45,707 nt of DNA from an uncultured Planctomycetaceae bacterium (GTDB lineage Bacteria > Planctomycetota > Planctomycetia > Pirellulales > Thermoguttaceae). Location: assembly GCA_947307005.1 (NCBI GenBank), contig CAMZHY010000001.1, positions 1 to 45,707 of the forward strand, written 5' to 3'. The position numbers were made by a program, and so were the translations under genes. Shown here one piece after another: positions 18,739 to 28,256 of this stretch (its first letter is position 1; every line of letters begins with the position of its first letter). Under the pieces are notes generated by a model. The model worked only from the letters and a program-made list of their open reading frames with translations. It was not told where the DNA came from and made no database searches.

Positions 18739-19845
18739 TCAACGCCCTTCGCCGACGACAGGATCGAGCGAGGGATCGCTCTGAAAAAAAGGAGTCGCGT
18801 AGCAATCGACGTCTTTTTCGTCGTAAGGGGGTTCCGCGTCGCTTTTAACCGTAAATAGAACATAGTCGAACGGCGTAAGTTCTTTACCGTCGCCAATTCC
18901 CTCTCGACGTATCTTTTCAAAAACTAAAGGAGCTTCTTCAACGCCAAGCACGCACAGCGCGCTTGCAAGCGCGTCGGCGGTCGTCGCCGTCGGCGCGACG
19001 ACCGTCGCGACGCAACGTCGAGTTAACGGTTCGCACGAACGAGGATCTATGATATGCGAATAACGGACGCCGGATATTTCAACGTAACGATTCGCATCCC
19101 CTGAAGAAGCCACGCCGACGTTCGAAAGTTCGCGATAACACGTTGGAGCGTCGCCTAGAGACGCGATTCCGACAATCCATCCCTTTTTACCCGGCGGAGG
19201 ATCGCCTATTCTCAAATCGCCGCTTGCGTTAATTAGCGCGGAAGTTATCCCATTTTCCCGCAGGACCTCCAGCGCCTCGTCCATAACGATTCCCTTTGCA
19301 ATCCCGCCGAGGTCGAAACGAACGTTTTTTTCCACGCGAACGCCGCGCTCGTTAAGTTCCCACACGCGGGGTCCGACTCTTTTTTTCGCCGGCGCCAGCG
19401 CGCTTTCCGGAGGAAGTTCGTGAAAATAGCGACTTCGGCGCCAAAGTTTGACAATCGGTCCTACCGTCGCGTCAAACGCGCCTTCCGTCAACTGGCAGTA
19501 TTTTCGAGACTCTTCAAGAGCGTTTCTTAGTTCGTCGCTGATTGAAACAAAGTCGTTCGTCTCCTCAGAGCGTCGACACGCTTGAATCATCTCGCTTTCC
19601 GAATCCCAATCGGAAAGAATCGCGTTAAGTTCGTCAAACTTTCGCCACGCCGCGGACGCCGCTTCATTAGCCTTTTCTTCACTGGGAGCGTAGAGTATGA
19701 GACTCGCGGGAACGCCCATTTTCTGTTCATGGAATTCATACCGTTCTAAATCAACGGCTCGCGCCTTTGGCGCGCTCGCCAAGAACGCGCCAAAGAAACA
19801 CGTTAGAACAAATAATCCGAACACTCTTAGACTAGAACGCGTCAT
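18739..19845 (-). CDS. apbE: FAD:protein FMN transferase (ApbE family), exported
   Basis: Signal peptide plus ApbE motifs DATVGPIVKLW, DLGGIAKG, ASSGD and YSHIIDPRS. Confidence 0.9.
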   Translation of the reverse strand: MTRSSLRVFGLFVLTCFFGAFLASAPKARAVDLERYEFHEQKMGVPASLILYAPSEEKANEAASAAWRKFDELNAILSDWDSESEMIQACRRSEETNDFVSISDELRNALEESRKYCQLTEGAFDATVGPIVKLWRRSRYFHELPPESALAPAKKRVGPRVWELNERGVRVEKNVRFDLGGIAKGIVMDEALEVLRENGITSALINASGDLRIGDPPPGKKGWIVGIASLGDAPTCYRELSNVGVASSGDANRYVEISGVRYSHIIDPRSCEPLTRRCVATVVAPTATTADALASALCVLGVEEAPLVFEKIRREGIGDGKELTPFDYVLFTVKSDAEPPYDEKDVDCYATPFFQSDPSLDPVVGEGR

Positions 19846-19952
19846 AGTTTGCCACTACGTTTTTACGAAATTAACGACGACAAAAAACGAATCGTTCTCC
19901 GGCAAAGGCGAACGATTCGTTTAACGACGGTTGCTCTTTTTTTGACGTCCCG

Positions 19953-21083
19953 CTAAAACTGGAGTTGCATCACGACGTAACGATATCCGTCGTTCGTCTC
20001 AAAAAGCGAACGGTAATCCTGATTTTGCGAAATGTAAAACTGAACAGTCTCTTCCGGCGGAACTTCGCGGAAAAACTCATTAAGGAATTTTGAATCAAAT
20101 CGCAACATTTTCGGTTCGTCGTCATAGGAAATCGGCAGCTCGACGCTCGATTCGCCGGTCTCTTCGCCAGCCGCCGTTACGCTAACCTTGCCAGACTCAA
20201 AACTGAGCGACACTCCAGGTTTATTCTCAGTCGCGACAATATCGGCCTGACGAACTGCGCGCGCAAGTTCATCTGCGATAAAACTAACGTTCTTACTCTT
20301 GGATTTATCAAGAAGAATCATATTCCAATCAGGAAAACGCCCCGTCATTAAATTGGTTGCGACAACGACGTTTCCAAGTTGAATCATCGCGCGATCGCCC
20401 TTCACGGAAATATTGGCGTCCGACGCGAAAGAAGCGGAACGTTTGAGAAGAGTGAGCGTTCTAAGCGGGAACATCGCTCTTTTCTCCTCAAACTCGCCTT
20501 CCTGATCGCCGGATATATATTCGGACGCGTACTGCTGACACGCAAGTCTTTTTCCATCCGTCGCAATCGCGGTCGCGCGTTCCCGTTCAAACAAAAACAT
20601 AACGCAGCTGAGCTCATAATGAGCGTTGTTCGTCTCCGTCGCAAACTGAGTTCGGCTAATCATCCGGTTCAGCGACTCGACAGGAAGCTTGAAGTAATCC
20701 GTTTCTTGGAATGGATTGACGGTTGGGAAACTGTCGACGTCGTCAATCGTGTCGAGTTGGTATCGGAAACGCGCCCCTTTAACGGTCAAACGTCTTCCTT
20801 CGAGTTCCAAAAGAATATCGGAATCAGTCGTTTCTGAAAAGATTCGTCCTAAAAGTTTTGCAGGGAGAATCGCTTCGCCCGCACGATCAATAACAAAAGA
20901 TTCGTCGACGACAATTTCTCCACGCGCGCCGACGGAACCGTCCGTCGCCATAAGAATCACGCTCGACTCGTTCGCGATAATTTTCACGTTTTGCAGAGCT
21001 GGACGTAAGTCTCTTGTAGAAGCAAAGTTTGATATTAGCGAAAAAAGCGGCACGAACTTGTCGCGTTGAATGTGGATTTTCAT
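19953..21083 (-). CDS. dnaN: DNA polymerase III beta sliding clamp
   Basis: 376 aa with the typical N-terminus (MKIHIQRDKF..LQNVKIIANESSVILMATDG) and three-domain length. Confidence 0.95.
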   Translation of the reverse strand: MKIHIQRDKFVPLFSLISNFASTRDLRPALQNVKIIANESSVILMATDGSVGARGEIVVDESFVIDRAGEAILPAKLLGRIFSETTDSDILLELEGRRLTVKGARFRYQLDTIDDVDSFPTVNPFQETDYFKLPVESLNRMISRTQFATETNNAHYELSCVMFLFERERATAIATDGKRLACQQYASEYISGDQEGEFEEKRAMFPLRTLTLLKRSASFASDANISVKGDRAMIQLGNVVVATNLMTGRFPDWNMILLDKSKSKNVSFIADELARAVRQADIVATENKPGVSLSFESGKVSVTAAGEETGESSVELPISYDDEPKMLRFDSKFLNEFFREVPPEETVQFYISQNQDYRSLFETNDGYRYVVMQLQF

Positions 21084-22021
21084 AACGTTGCTCTGCTATG
21101 TTCAAATATTTCTAGACTTGCCAAAGATTCTACGCATACCCGCGTCGTTACAACGGGCCTTGCTATGATTATAGCCTGCAACCCCTATAAGTCTATATCC
21201 CTCGATGTAAACTACGAATATTATCTAAACTACCTATTCATATTCCTATTTACATTTTTCTTTTCGACTCCAAGAAAAGAATTTGATCTTTTCTCTTCTA
21301 CTCCTGCGCCTATGGCAATTAGCCAAGATAACAACGCCATTCCAAGAACCGTGTATATTTAACAGGATATATAATTCTCTTGATAATATATAAAAATCAA
21401 AAACCAAAATATCACTAATATTTTAAATATAAATATATTATTAATAATAGTGTCCCGAATCATTTTGTAAATAAATCCTCCTTCATTATCCGCAATAGCA
21501 AAAACCGAAATGGTTTAAAATATTCTAAAGAGATATTAAAAACCTGTATTTTTTATATCGTTTATATGTATTTTATTGTAATTAAAATGTTTTAAAATAA
21601 ATATTAAAATAAAATATAATTTCTATTTTTATTTTATAAACATTTTAGAAACACAAATAATACATCTTTTAAATATCCTCTTGAAAGATTCGGCGACTTT
21701 GTTCAGAAGAAGAGTCGAGAGATAAGAGAATTGGAGATTGCCGTATAGGCTTGGATTCATGGCGGATAGCGGAAATTGAGACGACCTCTTTTCATAAATG
21801 AAACAATATCGCGCTTTAGTATTTCGATTCGAGCGCGCGTTAAGGCTTCGACGCTGTGAAATTGATTTAGGTTCAGGACTTTAGAGACGTGGATAACAAT
21901 TCAAGCGCCGCTCTTTTTTAAAGACATATCAGCAGGAATAGGTTAGATAATATCCCCCTCCCTAGGATAAAACAGCGACTTTTGCGGCGCTTGTTTGTGT
22001 GATACTTTGAGAATTTTGATT

Positions 22022-23035
22022 TTATGACCAGTCTTTAGACGTAGGATTTTTGGAATGTAATGCGTTTTTAACTTCATTGAGAGAAAAGATATAATAGAAG
22101 ACTCCGACTAGAGCTACTCCAATTGTCGCCAGTCTGTAAGCGACGCCGATCGCCATTCCGTATCCGTGTTGAAACGATTCGCCGTTGACGACGGGGAAAA
22201 GAGGATAGAGTTCGTCGAGAAAGTATTCCAGCGGTCCTGCGGATAGCGGTATTATTGAGCCGACGTTTCCTGAACAGTAAAGGATGATGTGATCAACGAG
22301 CGAGGGACTCTTATGGAAGAGACCTCGAGCAATAAGAAAAAGCGAAACGGCAAAACATAGATGAACGATGAACGTCGCCGCAAATGAATAAACGAGAGCT
22401 TTCTTGCGTTTTTGATACGACATTGTCGCATTTGCGAGTTTATGCATGAATCCGCCAATCAACGGGAGGCCTTGCGCAAACTTGATTCTCCAGCTCTGAG
22501 AGCTCGAGGGAGTCAGAACGAGTGCGAGAAAGACGGTTGCGGCTAGAGCGAGCGCGATTAGTCCATTGGTGGCGAATCGCGCGAGAGGTTCCGAGCGATG
22601 ATGGAAATCGGTGAAAAGGACGGCGATCAGTCCTAGAATGAACATAACGTATAAACCGACGACTCGGTCCATAATCACGCTTGCCGTCGCCTTATCGAAG
22701 GGCGTCTTTGTTTTTTGAGTCAAAAGGAAAACTTTTACAGCGTCGCCTCCCGCAATTCCAACGGGCGACAAATTAAACATAAAACCTATAAAGCCGATTC
22801 TCAGCGCGTCGGAAAGCGAGAACGGAGCGTCAAGAGCTTGAACGAGCGCGCGCCATCGGACAATCGTGACGGACGTTGCGATAAGATTGAAAATAAACCC
22901 GGCAAAAATGAGTTTAAACGAAATATCATGGAGCTTAAGTTCCTTGAAAACGGAACCGTTTGACGCGCGAACGATAAGGTAGGCGAAGAGCGCGACGACT
23001 AGAAGCGTCTTGAGAAGGAACGAGAGGAGTTTCAT
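22022..23035 (-). CDS. Flippase-like / lysylphosphatidylglycerol-synthase TM-region family (UPF0104) membrane protein
   Basis: Polytopic membrane protein with RWRALV..FIGFMFNLSPVGIAGGDAVKVFLL. The ATG at 23035 is preferred over the TTG at 23068. Confidence 0.8.
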   Translation of the reverse strand: MKLLSFLLKTLLVVALFAYLIVRASNGSVFKELKLHDISFKLIFAGFIFNLIATSVTIVRWRALVQALDAPFSLSDALRIGFIGFMFNLSPVGIAGGDAVKVFLLTQKTKTPFDKATASVIMDRVVGLYVMFILGLIAVLFTDFHHRSEPLARFATNGLIALALAATVFLALVLTPSSSQSWRIKFAQGLPLIGGFMHKLANATMSYQKRKKALVYSFAATFIVHLCFAVSLFLIARGLFHKSPSLVDHIILYCSGNVGSIIPLSAGPLEYFLDELYPLFPVVNGESFQHGYGMAIGVAYRLATIGVALVGVFYYIFSLNEVKNALHSKNPTSKDWS

Positions 23036-23240
23036 GTGGACAAGGAAATACAATGCGTACGTCGTCAAACTGGCCTACGGACGGCCGCGTCGATTTTAGA
23101 CGCGACACGTCTCCGATTTTAAAACATACGGAGCGAAACGACAAGACGGCGGCAAGCGCTAGCGATTTTTAACGAGGTATTAAAATCGTTATAAAGTAAT
23201 TGATTGGACCGTTAAAAGGATGAATTTTTTCAGAACGCAC

Positions 23241-23338
23241 TTCAATATGGGAGAAACGAGGGTATAATTGCGAATCGGTGAAGAATACGCGGTTTCGATA
23301 AAACGCGGACCTAACGTAAAGTCGGTTTTGCGAATCGG
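23241..23338 (+). promoter_or_regulatory. Candidate BMC-operon promoter (-35 TTCAAT, 16 nt, -10 TATAAT 23263-23268) with two 11-bp direct repeats TTGCGAATCGG
   Basis: Perfect -10 hexamer. Identical 11-mers sit at 23268-23278 and 23328-23338, exactly 60 bp apart, between the -10 and the pduL start. Confidence 0.4.
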
Positions 23339-23398
23339 CGCGCGTAAATCGTCTTGAGGGCGTCTTTTAAAGGTGGCACAGCTTAGGACTGAAGAATT

Positions 23399-24139
23399 AT
23401 GACCTCTCGGAATATCAGTCGGAATACGGTTGAAGCAATAGTTCGCCAGCTTCTGCGAGAAACGAACGGTTCTAAAGAAGGAGTCGTCGACGCGATTGTC
23501 GCCGCTTTTTCAGAGGGGGGCGCGGTTTCCGCTCCTAAGCCTGTCGAGGCGGTTAAGCCTCGCAAATCTGAGCTTGTCGTCAGTATCTCCGCGCGACATA
23601 TCCATTTAACCGACGCCGACGTTGAAACGCTTTTTGGAAAAGGCGCGAAACTCACCAAAATGAAGGATCTGTATCAAGACGGTTTCTTTGCGGCGAACGA
23701 GACGGTTATGTTAATTGGACCGCGTCGCAGAATGCTTCCTTCCGTTCGTATTCTTGGACCGACGCGTAAGGAGTCGCAGGTCGAGCTTTCTTTTACCGAC
23801 GCGATTTCTCTAGGGTTGGATCCTCCCGTTCGCGAGAGCGGCAAACTTGAAGACACCCCTGGGTGCGTTCTTGTCGGACCCGCCGGCGTCGTCGAGTTGA
23901 AGCGCGGCGTCATTCGCGCGGCGCGACACGTTCATATGGGGCCGGAAGACGCCGCTTATTACGGCGTTAAAGACAAGGAAATGATGAAGTTGCGCGTCGA
24001 GTCGGGCGTTTGCAGCGTAGTTCTTGAAGACGTCCTTGTTCGGATCGGCAAGAATATTAAGCTTGAAGTTCATCTTGACACAGACGAGGGAAACGCTGTT
24101 GACCTTGAACACGCGACGAAGATTGAACTGATTAAATAA
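23399..24139 (+). CDS. pduL: PduL-type phosphotransacylase with N-terminal encapsulation-peptide-like helices
   Basis: Two PduL repeats (SARHIHL.., AARHVHM..). The ~55-aa N-terminal extension holds amphipathic segments [11 protein letters not shown] and VVDAIVAAF. Confidence 0.92.
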   Translation: MTSRNISRNTVEAIVRQLLRETNGSKEGVVDAIVAAFSEGGAVSAPKPVEAVKPRKSELVVSISARHIHLTDADVETLFGKGAKLTKMKDLYQDGFFAANETVMLIGPRRRMLPSVRILGPTRKESQVELSFTDAISLGLDPPVRESGKLEDTPGCVLVGPAGVVELKRGVIRAARHVHMGPEDAAYYGVKDKEMMKLRVESGVCSVVLEDVLVRIGKNIKLEVHLDTDEGNAVDLEHATKIELIK

Positions 24140-24290
24140 AGACGCAATGGATTGCGCGCGTGAGTTTCACGGACGTAATCAATCGATATAAAACTAACCA
24201 AAAACAAAGGAAGAGTCGCGCGCGACGCGTTAAACGCTAGAGTTTTCCACGTTGCCGCGACGTAGCCCGCCAGTATTGGGAGATTTGATA

Positions 24291-24584
24291 ATGCAAGCGC
24301 TGGGTATTCTGGAAGGAAAAGGGTTCGTTACCCTGTTCGAAGCTGTCGACGCTATGATGAAGGCGGCGAACGTTCAGTTCCTCGGCTGGGACAAGCCGGG
24401 TAGCGGAATCGTGACCGTTTACGTTACGGGCGACGTCGCGGCTGTTAAGGCCGCCACCGACGCCGGGGTTGCGGCGGCTTCTCGTATTGGCGAAATCAGC
24501 GGCGTTCAGGTTATTCCGCGTCCGAATAACGACGTTGAGAAGGTTCTGCCGCAGATCAAGAAAGCGGCGGCTGCGAGCAAGTGA
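24291..24584 (+). CDS. BMC-H shell protein (Pfam00936 single domain)
   Basis: [28 protein letters not shown]...[20 protein letters not shown] lies 8 nt before ATG 24291; the track ORF begins at an upstream TTG. Confidence 0.93.
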   Translation: MQALGILEGKGFVTLFEAVDAMMKAANVQFLGWDKPGSGIVTVYVTGDVAAVKAATDAGVAAASRIGEISGVQVIPRPNNDVEKVLPQIKKAAAASK

Positions 24585-24687
24585 GATTCTGAAAACGAAT
24601 CTCGATGTTCGTTAAGGAACGGCGACGCGTTGGTCGACCGTTGAGCGAATAAAGAAATAACGAAAGCGCTATATTGAGGATATAAAG

Positions 24688-24957
24688 ATGAACGACGCTA
24701 TTGGATTGATTGAAACGAAAGGCGTTCTTGCTCTGGTTAGCGCGTCCGACGCAATGGCTAAGGCTGCGGACGTGGAGATTGTTAAACGTATTCAGATCGG
24801 CGGCGGTTTTATGACGACGATCGTTCGCGGCGACGTTGGCAGCGTTCGCGCTGCGGTCGACGCTGGCGCCGCAGCCGCCGAGGCGTGCGGCGAGCTCAAA
24901 GCGGCGCACGTGATTCCTCGTCCGTCCGCCGGTTTGATCGAAGCGTTTACCGCTTGA
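24688..24957 (+). CDS. BMC-H shell protein (PduA/EutM-like)
   Basis: IGLIETKGVLALVSASDAMAKAADVEIV...VRGDVGSVRAAVDAG. Confidence 0.95.
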   Translation: MNDAIGLIETKGVLALVSASDAMAKAADVEIVKRIQIGGGFMTTIVRGDVGSVRAAVDAGAAAAEACGELKAAHVIPRPSAGLIEAFTA

Positions 24958-25066
24958 AATTCCGACAGAAGGTTCGCTTAAGAGCGTTTTTTCTTCGATA
25001 TTTCAAACACGCGTTGACGTCGTCGACAGCGACGGCGTCGGCGCTGTTGGCGGAGCGCCGAGTAAA

Positions 25067-26254
25067 ATGAAAATTCTGGTTGCAAATTTAGGTTCGACGA
25101 GCTTTAAGTATAGTCTTTACGACATGGACGACGAACGTCTCATGGCGAAAGGACGAGTCGAACGTATTGGCGAAGAGTCGAGTCCGTGTCAAATCGTTAT
25201 CGGCGATTATAAGAAGGAAGAGAACGTTTCCGCGCCCGATCATGGCGTCGCCGTGCGAGAATGTCTCCGTCAGTTGACCGACTCGGAGAACGGCTGTCTC
25301 AAGGACGCCTCCGAAATTGCCGGCATTGGCTTTAAAGCCGTGTTCGCAAACGGATATTCGGGGGTTCAACCTGTAACGGACGAGCTTCTCGCGGCGATGG
25401 AAGAATTTAACGCCGTTTTGCCGGCGCATAATCCTCCCTATGTTCGCGCGATGCGAATGCTTCGCAAGGCTCTCCCTGAGATTCCGCTTGTCGCCGCCTT
25501 TGAGACGGGATTTCACGAAAACATTCCCAATCGCAACCGTTACTACGGCGTTCCCTTCGAATGGGCGGAAAAGTACGGCGTTCGACGGTACGGGTTTCAC
25601 GGAGCGAGCCATCGCTATATTGCGACGCGTTGTCGTGAACTTTTCGGCGTCGATCGACGTATTGTGAGCTGTCACCTCGGCGGTTCGAGTTCCGTTTGCG
25701 CGATCGCCGACGGCATGAGCCGCGCGTCGAGCATGGGCGGCAGTCCTCAGACGGGCCTAATGAACAACAATCGTTGCGGCGATTTTGACCCGTTCTGGTG
25801 CAACTATCTTATCAAGAAGCTCAATATTTCGTTTGACGAGCTTCTCTCGATTCTTGCGACCAAGAGCGGTTTGCTCGGCGTTAGCGGCGTCAGCGGCGAC
25901 GTTCGAGATATTGCCGAGGCGCGCGACGCGGGTAATGAACGCGCTAAACTAGCGCTTGAGGTTCTTGTCGGCGACGTTCGACGCTATATCGGCGCGTCGC
26001 TTATGGAACTTGGCGGCGCGGATATGATTTCCTTCACCGGCGGAATCGGCGAATTTCGCGACGACGTTCGAGAGAAGGTTCTCGAAGGACTCGACGAACT
26101 CGGGATTACGTTGGATAAGGAAGCAAACTCAAAAACGTTTGGCGTGGAAGCGAAAATTAGCGCTCCCAGCAGTCGCATAGAAGTTTGGGTCGTGCCAACG
26201 AACGAGGAAATCATCGTCGGTCGTCAGACGAAAGCGTTGCTGGAAAAACGTTAA
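25067..26254 (+). CDS. ackA: Acetate/propionate-family kinase
   Basis: MKILVANLGSTSFKY, GFHGASH and the TNEE motif; 395 aa. Confidence 0.95.
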   Translation: MKILVANLGSTSFKYSLYDMDDERLMAKGRVERIGEESSPCQIVIGDYKKEENVSAPDHGVAVRECLRQLTDSENGCLKDASEIAGIGFKAVFANGYSGVQPVTDELLAAMEEFNAVLPAHNPPYVRAMRMLRKALPEIPLVAAFETGFHENIPNRNRYYGVPFEWAEKYGVRRYGFHGASHRYIATRCRELFGVDRRIVSCHLGGSSSVCAIADGMSRASSMGGSPQTGLMNNNRCGDFDPFWCNYLIKKLNISFDELLSILATKSGLLGVSGVSGDVRDIAEARDAGNERAKLALEVLVGDVRRYIGASLMELGGADMISFTGGIGEFRDDVREKVLEGLDELGITLDKEANSKTFGVEAKISAPSSRIEVWVVPTNEEIIVGRQTKALLEKR

Positions 26255-26302
26255 AGCACGTTCTTCTTCGCGCGGCGTCAGACTCTTCTAGAAGGCTAAA
26301 GA

Positions 26303-26608
26303 ATGTTTATCGCGAAAATCGTCGGGTCGTTGGTTTCGACGCAGAAGACGGGTTCGATGGTTGGATCGAAGCTCATGATGATCGAGCCTTACGTCGTCGA
26401 TCCTCAAACGCGCGATCGTTTTAAGACGACGAGCCGTTCCTTAGTCGCGGTCGATATAGTCGGCGCCGGCGAGGGCGATTTTGTGCTCGTTGTTCAGGGT
26501 TCTAGCGCGCGTATGACGCCGGAAACAAAGTCTCTTCCAGTGGACTGCACGATTATTGGCGTCATCGACACGGTGACGCTTGATCGGCGGAACGTTCCTC
26601 TTGAATAG
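26303..26608 (+). CDS. BMC-P pentameric vertex protein (EutN/CcmL family), copy 1
   Basis: MFIAKIVGSLVSTQK...VDIVGAGEGDFVLVVQGSSAR; 101 aa. Confidence 0.9.
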   Translation: MFIAKIVGSLVSTQKTGSMVGSKLMMIEPYVVDPQTRDRFKTTSRSLVAVDIVGAGEGDFVLVVQGSSARMTPETKSLPVDCTIIGVIDTVTLDRRNVPLE

Positions 26609-26760
26609 ACGAGCGGTTTGCGTCTGGCGGACGATCTTTATAAAGAATACTAGCGGAAGAAATGGCGTCTCGGCGTTCAAATAGGTTGCGACGGCGGTTG
26701 GTCGTTGACAAAGACGAGCTTCGAGGATCGCGTTCCTTCTTTCACAGGAGTGAGAATAAA

Positions 26761-28218
26761 ATGGCGGAAGTTAGCGAAGCGCTAGTACGAAGCGTGCTTC
26801 AGGAAGTTATGTCTCGACTTGGCGGATCCGCGTCTGCGACAAGCGCGCTTGGCGGCGGGGTCGCGCCCAAGAGCTATGCCGGTCGATATGGGGTTTTTGA
26901 CGATCCGAACGAAGCAATCGAGGCCGCGAACGAGGCGTACGATCAACTTTCTCGCTGCAAAATCGCCGACCGAAAGAAGATGATCGACGTCATCCGACGC
27001 ATTTGTATTGAACAGAGCGTCGAGCTTGGAACGAAAGAACTGGAAGAAACGAAGATCGGTCGTCTTGAGCATAAGATCGACAAGCTTTTAAACGTCGGTT
27101 ACAACGCGCAAGGCGTCGAGGCGTTGAGTTCGGAAGTTTTTAGCGGCGACTATGGACTGACGGTTATCGAGCACGCGCCCTTTGGCGTGATTGGCGCGAT
27201 TACGCCGAGCACCCACTCTCTTCCGACGATCGCAAACAACTCGATCAACATGATCGCGGCCGGCAACACGGTTGTTTTCAATCCTCACCCGCACGCCTGT
27301 AAAATCGCCGCCGAGGGCGTCAAGCGTTTTAACCAAGCGATTTACGCGGAGTTTGGAATTGACAACTTGATGTGCGTCATTCCTCAGCCGACTCTCGAAA
27401 GCGCGGACGTTATCTTTAAGCATCCCAAGATCAATCTCTTGGTGGTGACCGGCGGCGAAGGCGTCGTTAAAGCCGCGATGGCGCAGTCGAAACGCGCGAT
27501 CGTCGCGGGACCGGGCAACCCGCCGGTCGTCGTCGACGAGTCCGCCGATTTGGACCGCGCGGCGAAGTCGATTATTCTCGGCGGCGCGTATGACAACAAC
27601 CTGCTCTGCCTTGCCGAAAAAGAAGTGTTTGTCGTCGAATCCGTCTTTGACAAGATGATGGACGCGATGGAACGCGCGGGCGCGATTCGTTTGAACGCCG
27701 CGGAGACCGCCGCGATGACTCAGCGCGGGATCGTTCAGGTGGGCGAAGGCGACAAACGCCATGCGGCGCCGAGTCGCGAATTCCTCGGAAAAGACGCCGC
27801 CGTCCTCGCGGCGGGAATTGGCAAGAGCGTTCCGAAAGACGTCGAGATGCTTTACGGCGAGACGGACTACGAAAACCCGTTCGTGCCCGTCGAGCAGATG
27901 ATGCCGTTCCTTCCGTTTGTTCGTTGCCGCAACGTCGACGAAGCGATTCAACGCGCTTACGAGATGGAACACGGCTTCCATCATACGGCGATTATTCACT
28001 CAAATAACGTCGTTAATATGACCAAGATGGGCAAGTTGCTCAATACGACGATATTTGTGAAGAACGGTCCGAGCACGGCTGGAAACGGCGGCGGCGGTGA
28101 AGGGTACGGATCTTATTCGATTGCGGGTCCGACTGGAGAAGGCATAACGCGCCCGTTGACCTTTACGCGCAGTCGTCGTTGCGCGATGGTCGACAGTCTC
28201 CATATTCTTGGTCGATAA
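26761..28218 (+). CDS. CoA-acylating aldehyde dehydrogenase (PduP/EutE-like) with N-terminal encapsulation peptide
   Basis: Catalytic-Cys context NNLLCLAEKE and N-terminal amphipathic EALVRSVLQEVMSRL. AGGAG precedes ATG 26761. The upstream extension in the track ORF is R-rich. Confidence 0.93.
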   Translation: MAEVSEALVRSVLQEVMSRLGGSASATSALGGGVAPKSYAGRYGVFDDPNEAIEAANEAYDQLSRCKIADRKKMIDVIRRICIEQSVELGTKELEETKIGRLEHKIDKLLNVGYNAQGVEALSSEVFSGDYGLTVIEHAPFGVIGAITPSTHSLPTIANNSINMIAAGNTVVFNPHPHACKIAAEGVKRFNQAIYAEFGIDNLMCVIPQPTLESADVIFKHPKINLLVVTGGEGVVKAAMAQSKRAIVAGPGNPPVVVDESADLDRAAKSIILGGAYDNNLLCLAEKEVFVVESVFDKMMDAMERAGAIRLNAAETAAMTQRGIVQVGEGDKRHAAPSREFLGKDAAVLAAGIGKSVPKDVEMLYGETDYENPFVPVEQMMPFLPFVRCRNVDEAIQRAYEMEHGFHHTAIIHSNNVVNMTKMGKLLNTTIFVKNGPSTAGNGGGGEGYGSYSIAGPTGEGITRPLTFTRSRRCAMVDSLHILGR

Positions 28219-28256
28219 AACTGTTGAAATTGCGTTTGTAGCGACGCGATGAAATA

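Noticed and set aside
21903-21994. 10-bp inverted repeat caagcgccgc / gcggcgcttg downstream of the flippase-like gene, considered as a terminator.
   Set aside because: The arms are ~72 nt apart with no adjacent U-tract, so it is not a credible intrinsic terminator. Its significance is unclear.
26662-26760. Upstream in-frame extensions offered by the ORF track (26662 for AldDH, 24252 for BMC-H, 29951 for BMC-P3, 36431 for DUF1844, 42930 for pgsA, 23068 for the flippase-like gene).
   Set aside because: The extensions start at non-ATG codons or lack an RBS, and they encode R-rich or non-homologous residues. The internal ATGs have Shine-Dalgarno-like sequences and coincide with the start of family homology.
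27088-27999. 303-aa ORF antisense to the aldehyde dehydrogenase gene. Similar cases are 30604-31353 antisense to the aldolase, 25088-25675 antisense to ackA, and 29987-30565.
   Set aside because: The translations are Arg/Asp/Val-rich with no motifs. The opposite strand encodes proteins with clear family signatures. These are shadow ORFs typical of CG-rich codon usage.
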